DNA from: Eledone cirrhosa
Taxonomy: Eukaryota
Direction of reading: 5' to 3'
DNA: 64,000 bases
NCBI GenBank assembly: GCA_964016885.1
Contig: OZ024756.1
Location: 23,498,001 to 23,562,000, forward strand
Made by a program: the position numbers and the translations under genes. Under the pieces are notes generated by a model. It was not told the origin of the DNA. It ran no database searches and saw only the letters and a program-made list of their open reading frames with translations. Below are positions 57,781 through 64,000 of this stretch, in pieces; positions within the stretch are counted from its first letter, which is position 1, and the number at the start of each line of letters is the position of its first letter.

Positions 57781-59892
57781 TGGTGGTGGTGGTGGTGGTG
57801 GTGGTGGTGGTGGTGGTGGGACGATTGTGGTGGTGATAAGGCGTTATTGGTAGTGGTTGTGGAAGGGATGTGATGTGTTGGTGGAGTGGGGGGAAAGGAT
57901 GGGATGAGGAGGAGATGGTGGTAGTGATGGTGGTTGAAGTGATAAGGCTTTGATGGTGGTGGTGGTCGTGGAAGGGAGTGATGGAGTTGCTGATGGTGGT
58001 TATGTGGGAGTGTGTATGCGTGTGTGTGTGTGGTGTATATGTGTGGAAGGGGGAAAGAGGATCAGTCGTCGCAAGGTTGTTAGACGTGCTCGTTGTCTTA
58101 GTGGTAGTGGTAATGGTGGTAGTTGTGGTGGTGGTACTGTTTGAAGTTGACAGTGGTGTCGGTGTGAATGTTGATGATGATGATGATAACAATAATAATA
58201 ATTGTCGTGGTGTAAGCGTACCGGAGGTAGTGGCGGTGGTGTGGTGGTAGTGGTGGTGGTGGTGGTGGTAGTGGCGGTGGTGGTGGTCTGGTGGCGGTGG
58301 TGGTGGTGGTGGTGGTGGTAGTGGTGGTGGTGTTTCGATTAATTAATATCTCCAATTATTTGTATGAAAATAATATCAATATAATTTTTTTGTTTTGTTT
58401 TGTTTTTTTATTTCAGTATATATTTGTTGTTGTTGTTGTTGTTTCTGGTGTTGCCGTTACTGTTGTTAGTGTTATCGTTGCTGTTGTTATTGTTGTAGTT
58501 ATCACTAACAACTATTGATGTTAGTGATATTGTTGCTGTTGTTGATGCTGTTGTTGTTGTTGTTGTAATTATCACTAACAAATATTGTTGTTAGAGTTAT
58601 CGTTGCTGTTGTTGTTGCTGTTGTTGCTGTTTTTGCTGTTGTTATTGTTATTGTTATCATTAACAATTATTGACGTTAGGGTTATTGTTGTTGTTGTTAC
58701 TTTTGTTGTAATTAACACTAACAACCGTTGGTGTTGTTAATGTTGTTCTTGTTGTTGTTGTTAGTGTTGTTGTTGTGGTTAGCACCCTTGGTTTTGTTAT
58801 GGGTGGTGGCGCTATAGTAATAGAACTTTTTGGTTTCTTATTGCTGTTGTTGCTGTTGTTGCTGTTGTTGTTGTTGGTGGTGGGGTTGGTGTTGGTGGTG
58901 GTGTTACATATTTCAGCTTAGTTCTTTCTTCATATTCATATTTTGGTGGTGGGGCACACAGTAGTTTTGTTTGTGTCGGCTAGCGGCGGCGGTGGTAATG
59001 TTTGTAGTGGTTTCACCGGTGGTCTTAAATGCTAATGATGGCGGGGGGGGGGTGACAGAGGTGATGCTTGGTGTTGATGGTAGTGGTGTTGCTGGTGGTG
59101 GCCGTGATGATGGTGATGCTGGTACTTGTGCTGGCGGTGGTGGTGGTGGGGGTGGTGACAGAGGTGATGCCGGATGGTAGTGGTGTTGCTGGTGGTGGCC
59201 GTGGTGATGGTGATGCTGGTACTTGTGCTAGCGGTAGTGGTGGTGGTCGTCGTCGTCGTTGTCGTCGTCGTCGTGCTGGTAGTGGTGCTGTTGGTGGTGG
59301 TGACGGTGGTGGTTGATCAGCTAAAATACACGCACGACCATCACAAATGTAGGATAGAGCGAAAGATAGCAGATGAGAGATGTAAGATGACGGATAGGAA
59401 ATGGGAGGGAGATGGAAGAGAGATGGGAGATGAGAGTTGGGAGATGGGAGAGAGATGAGAAGGGGGTAAGAGAGATGGAAGATGTGAGATGAGGGACGAG
59501 AAACGAGTGATGGGAGGTAGGGGAGACGAGAGAGAAATGGGAAAGAAAGGAGAGATGTGGGAGATTAGAGAGAGAGATGAGAAAAATATGAGAGACGGGA
59601 TATGAGAGGTTGAGTTAGATGACAATAGGACCAAAGGATGAAAGGGGGAAATGAGAGAGAAATGAGAAAGTGAAGAGAGATGGGAGATGAGAGAGAGAGA
59701 GAGAGATAGGAGATTAGAGAGGGCGAGAGAGGGGGCGAGAGAAAGAGATGAGAGAGAGAGAGATAAGAGATTAGCGAGAGAGAGATGTGAAAGAGAGAGA
59801 GAGATAAGAGTCTAGAGAGATAGAGAGAGAGATGAAAGAGAGAGAGATATGAGGAGAGAGAGAGAGATGAAAGAGAGAGAGGGATAGGAGTC

Positions 59893-59943
<51 letters not shown>

Positions 59944-60822
59944 GATATGAGAGTTAGAGTAAGATGACAGTAGGACCGTAGGGTGATGAGCTGCTATTTG
60001 CGAAACTTTAAACGTCAGTCAGTCAGTTACTGAGTAAATCAATCAGTGATCAATTTCGCTTAGTATTACTTTTACTTTCACTTTTGGCTACTTTCGTATA
60101 GAATATAAATAATAATAATAAGAAGAAGAAGACGAAAACATTAACAAGAACAACAAAAACAATCACAAACAAGACACAAGAAACGGAAAAAGGAAAGTTT
60201 GATTACATTGATTGTGTATGTGTGTATATATATTTGCGTGTATCTGTATGTATCTGTGTGTGTATTTAATGCATATGTGGTAGTGTGTGTGTGTGTGTGT
60301 GTTTAATGTATATGTGGTAGTGTGTGTGTGTGTGTGAGTGTGTGTTTAATGCATATGTGGTAGTGTGTGTGTGTGTATTTAATGCGTATGTGGTAGTGTG
60401 TGTGTATTTAATGTATATGTGGTAGAGTGTGTGTGAGAAGGAGTGTGGGGGAAGGGGTGTGAAAAAAAGAGTGCGAACGAAGAAAGATAGAAAAATAGCA
60501 GCAGTAGAGGAGATGGGATAAATTGAAGTAGCAGAGAGAAGGGGGGAGACGAAGGGAGGGGAGGAGTATCTCCCTATGTGTGTGTGTGAGAGAGAGAGAA
60601 AGAGGAGGAAGGAGTATATCCCTCTGTGTGTGTGTGTGTATGTGTGTGTGTGAGAGAGGGGGGGGGAGAGAGAGAGAGTGGATGTCTGTATATTTATATA
60701 TTTATGTGCGTGTGTTCGATTTTGTATATGTACGTATGAATGCGTGTGTATGCATGTATGTATGGACGTATGTGTATGTATGTATGTATGTATGTATGTA
60801 TGTGTGAATGTATGAGAGCGAG

Positions 60823-60863
<41 letters not shown>

Positions 60864-60921
60864 GAATGTATGAGAGCGAGTGTGTGTGTATGTATGTATG
60901 TATGTGTGAATGTATGAGAGC

Positions 60922-60996
<75 letters not shown>

Positions 60997-61007
60997 TATG
61001 AGAGCGA

Positions 61008-61042
<35 letters not shown>

Positions 61043-61063
61043 TATGTGTGAATGTATGAGAGC

Positions 61064-61124
<61 letters not shown>

Positions 61125-61148
61125 TGCGGTCGGTTGCTCTGTTTCAGC

Positions 61149-61235
61149 CAACAGCGTTTCACATCGTTAACGGACAGATTAGAAAGACGGAGTATTACAC
61201 AAATGTGTCGTCCAATGACGTCGTTAAACTGCTTG
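61149..61235 (+). CDS. Possible small exon, unknown product
   Basis: ttgctctgtttcag acceptor then open frame [29 protein letters not shown]; weak donor. Confidence 0.2.
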
Positions 61236-61559
61236 GTCGTGTCTCATTTACACACTAACGTATACTGATGCAGCTGCTGGTGGTGGTGAAGGTGGTGGTG
61301 CTGCTGCTGTTGCTGCTGGTGGTGGTGGTGGTGGTGGTGGTGGTGGTGGTGGTGGTGGTGGTGGTGAGGGTGGCGACGGCGGAGAGTGATGTGTGTGTGT
61401 GTGTGTGTGTGTGTGAATGAGAGAGAGAGAGAGCGGGAGAGAGAAAGAGGATGATAGAGAGATGCTGGTGGTGGTGACGACGAGAGCAATGTGTATGTGA
61501 GAGAGCGAGAGAGAGAGAGAGAGAGAGAGAGGGGGGAGAGGATAGAGAAAGAGAGAGAG

Positions 61560-61856
61560 TGATAGAGAGATGCTGATGGTGAGGGCGGAGAGCAACGTGT
61601 GTGTGTGAGAGAGGGGAAAGAGATGCTGGTGGTGACGGTGGAGAACAATGTGTGTGTGAGAGAGAGAGGGGGGTAGGAGAGGGAAAGAGATGCTGGTGGT
61701 GACGGTGGAGAACAATGTGTGTGTGTGAGAGAGGGGGGGGTAGGAGAGGGAAAGAGATGCTGGTGGTGACGGTGGAGAACAATGTGTGTGTGTGAGAGAG
61801 AGAGAGAGGGGGGTAGGAGAGGGAAAGAGATGCTGGTGGTGGCGGTGGAGAAAAAC

Positions 61857-61887
<31 letters not shown>

Positions 61888-61990
61888 GGGGGAGAGAGAA
61901 AGAGGGAGAAAGAGAGTGGGAAAGAGATACTGATGGTGGTGGTGGAGAACAATGTGTGTGTGTGTGTGTGTGTGTCTGTGTGAGAGAGAG
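61560..61990. repeat. ~65-bp minisatellite (gggaaagagatgctggtggtgacggtggagaacaatgtgtg)
   Basis: 5-6 tandem units. Confidence 0.85.
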
Positions 61991-62514
61991 AGTGAGAGAG
62001 CTACTGGTAGTGGCAGTGGAGAACAATGCGTGTGTGAGTGTGTGTGTAAGAGAGAGAGAGAGAGGGGTAGGCAGATAAAGAGATGCGTGTGTCGGAGCCC
62101 CACCCAGAGTGACTCGACCAATCAAATCGTTCGTCTGCCCGTCAGCTAAGTTCCATGTCAGTCGTAAGAGAAGAAAATGCTAAATTGAATGTGGTGTATG
62201 TATGTATGTATGTATGTATGTATGTATGTATGTATGTATGTATGTGTATGTATGTATGTGTATGCATGTGTATGTGTGTGTATGTGTATGTATGTATATG
62301 TATGTATATATGTGTGAATGTATGTATGTGTGTACGTGTGTATGTGTTTCTATATGTGTGTGTATGTATGTGTGTGTGAATGTGTATGTGTGCGAATGTC
62401 TGTGTGCGAATGTGTATATGTGTGAATGTATGTGTATGTATGTGTGTATGTATGTATGTGAGTAGTGTATGTATGTATGTGGTGTTAGTTATCAAAGAGA
62501 TTAATGTTTGTTGC

Positions 62515-62750
62515 TGTTGTTATTTAGCCACAGGCCAGGCTCGGTTGAATAGATATGTGATCAAAGGCAGACATTCCAACCGTGTCCAACACGCCTTTCC
62601 TATTCCTATTTGTGAAAATCCCAAGTCTATATCTATCTAATGTATCGGATTTTTTATATTTTTATTGGCGACGTTAAGTGGTGCGAATTGAGGAAGATTT
62701 GGCTGCTATTTCTAGTCAGTCGTTCGAATGACAATATATAGGAACCCTGT
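62515..62750. mobile_element. Interspersed repeat, diverged; second copy at 63290-63500
   Basis: Both start (GTT)n TTTAGCC and share GATTTRGCT..TTTCTAG. Confidence 0.5.
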
Positions 62751-63567
62751 GTCTGGGATTGGTTGAGTATAATGATGGAGCGCTGATGGTGATGGTGGTG
62801 TATGACAAGGAAGGTGGTGGTGGTGTTGCTGTTGGTGGTGGTGGTGCCTGGTGGCGATGGTGGTGTATGACAAGGAAGGTGGTGGTGTTGGTGGTGGTGG
62901 TGGTGTTGCTGTTGCTGTTGGTGGTGGTGGTGCCTGGTGGCGATGGTGGTGTATGACAAGGAAGGTGGTGGTGTTGGTGGTGGTGGTGGTGGTGGTGATA
63001 GTGGTGTATGACAAGGAAGGCGATGGTTTTGGTGTTGGTGTTGGTGGTGGTATCGGTGTTCTTGATGGTTGTTCTTTGTAGTGGTGGTGGTATCTAGTGG
63101 TATTGATGTTTGGTGGTGGTAGTGTTGGTGGTGGTGGTCATGATTGTGGTGGTGGTGGTACTGTTGCTGGTAGTGGTGGTGGTGGTGTAGTGGTGGTAGT
63201 GGTGGTAGTGGTGGTACTGTTGCTGGTAGTGGTGGTGGTGGTGGTGGTGGTAGTGGTGGTAGATAAAAGTGATGATAGTTGCTGCTGTTGTTGTTGTTTA
63301 GCCCGAGGTCATGCCTGAACAAGTAGGCCCATGATGTAAAATTCTGGCCAAGAATGATCTATCGTATAAAGTACTAAATACAGCACCATATATGATCCTC
63401 CACCTCGACCACTTGTGCAGGGAACTATGTTGTTCTATGTGATATTTAAGAGATTTAGCTATCATTTCTAGCAAGACAAATGACGGCGAAGACGCTTTCA
63501 CTGTGCCTCAGGTGTAGTAGGTATATCTTAGTGTATAGATATATATGTATATGAATATATTTATATA

Positions 63568-63672
63568 CAGGGTGAACTAAAAATGTATACACACTTCAAC
63601 AGCATTCTAATAAATATTGCCTGCACAGGTAATCAAAGTCTGTATACATTTTTTTTGGGGGGGGACACCCTG
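63568..63672. mobile_element. Tc1/mariner-derived MITE
   Basis: TA CAGGGTG..AAAAATGTATACA / TGTATACATTTTT..CACCCTG. Confidence 0.65.
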
Positions 63673-63680
63673 CATGTATG

Positions 63681-63729
<49 letters not shown>

Positions 63730-63819
63730 ATATATATATATATAGATATATACAACAATATACATATACATGTGTGCTCTTTTATAGGTATATATGTATG
63801 CATGTATATTCCCATATTC

Positions 63820-63884
<65 letters not shown>

Positions 63885-63929
63885 AGTACATCAGCACAAC
63901 AATATATATGCATATATGTGTATATATAC

Positions 63930-64000
<71 letters not shown>

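Noticed and set aside
56915-58192. 425-aa Thr/Pro/His-rich ORF
   Set aside because: Triplet-derived tandem repeat open in several frames

Overview
Highly repetitive, AT-rich eukaryotic DNA. The SINE families and microsatellite load resemble an octopus-type cephalopod genome (inference). There is a 200-N gap at 36328-36527. No protein-coding gene is convincingly supported, and nearly all listed ORFs are translations of (TA)n, (CA)n or trinucleotide repeats. The main signal lies in about 6.5-48 kb: dozens of 100-450 bp islands inserted into (TA)n tracts. They carry about 30 near-complete type I hammerhead ribozymes (stem I-CTGANGA-stem II-GAAA-stem III-NUH-stem I) from at least 10 unrelated sequence families. 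Many are arranged as long inverted repeats with a ribozyme on each arm. This architecture matches the pseudo-LTR ends of Penelope-like retroelements (PLEs) or non-autonomous retrozyme-like derivatives. Across families I see compensatory stem changes, palindromic stem III, family-fixed core variants (U3-A8, U4A, U4C), a C-C/C-U mismatch at the same position in stem II, and a shared RCTC...GAGYRCT stem in the 3' tail. The window also holds tRNA-derived SINEs (some in tandem arrays), RTE and CR1-group LINE fragments, mariner-like MITEs and minisatellites. All structures were read by eye and none has been tested for activity.
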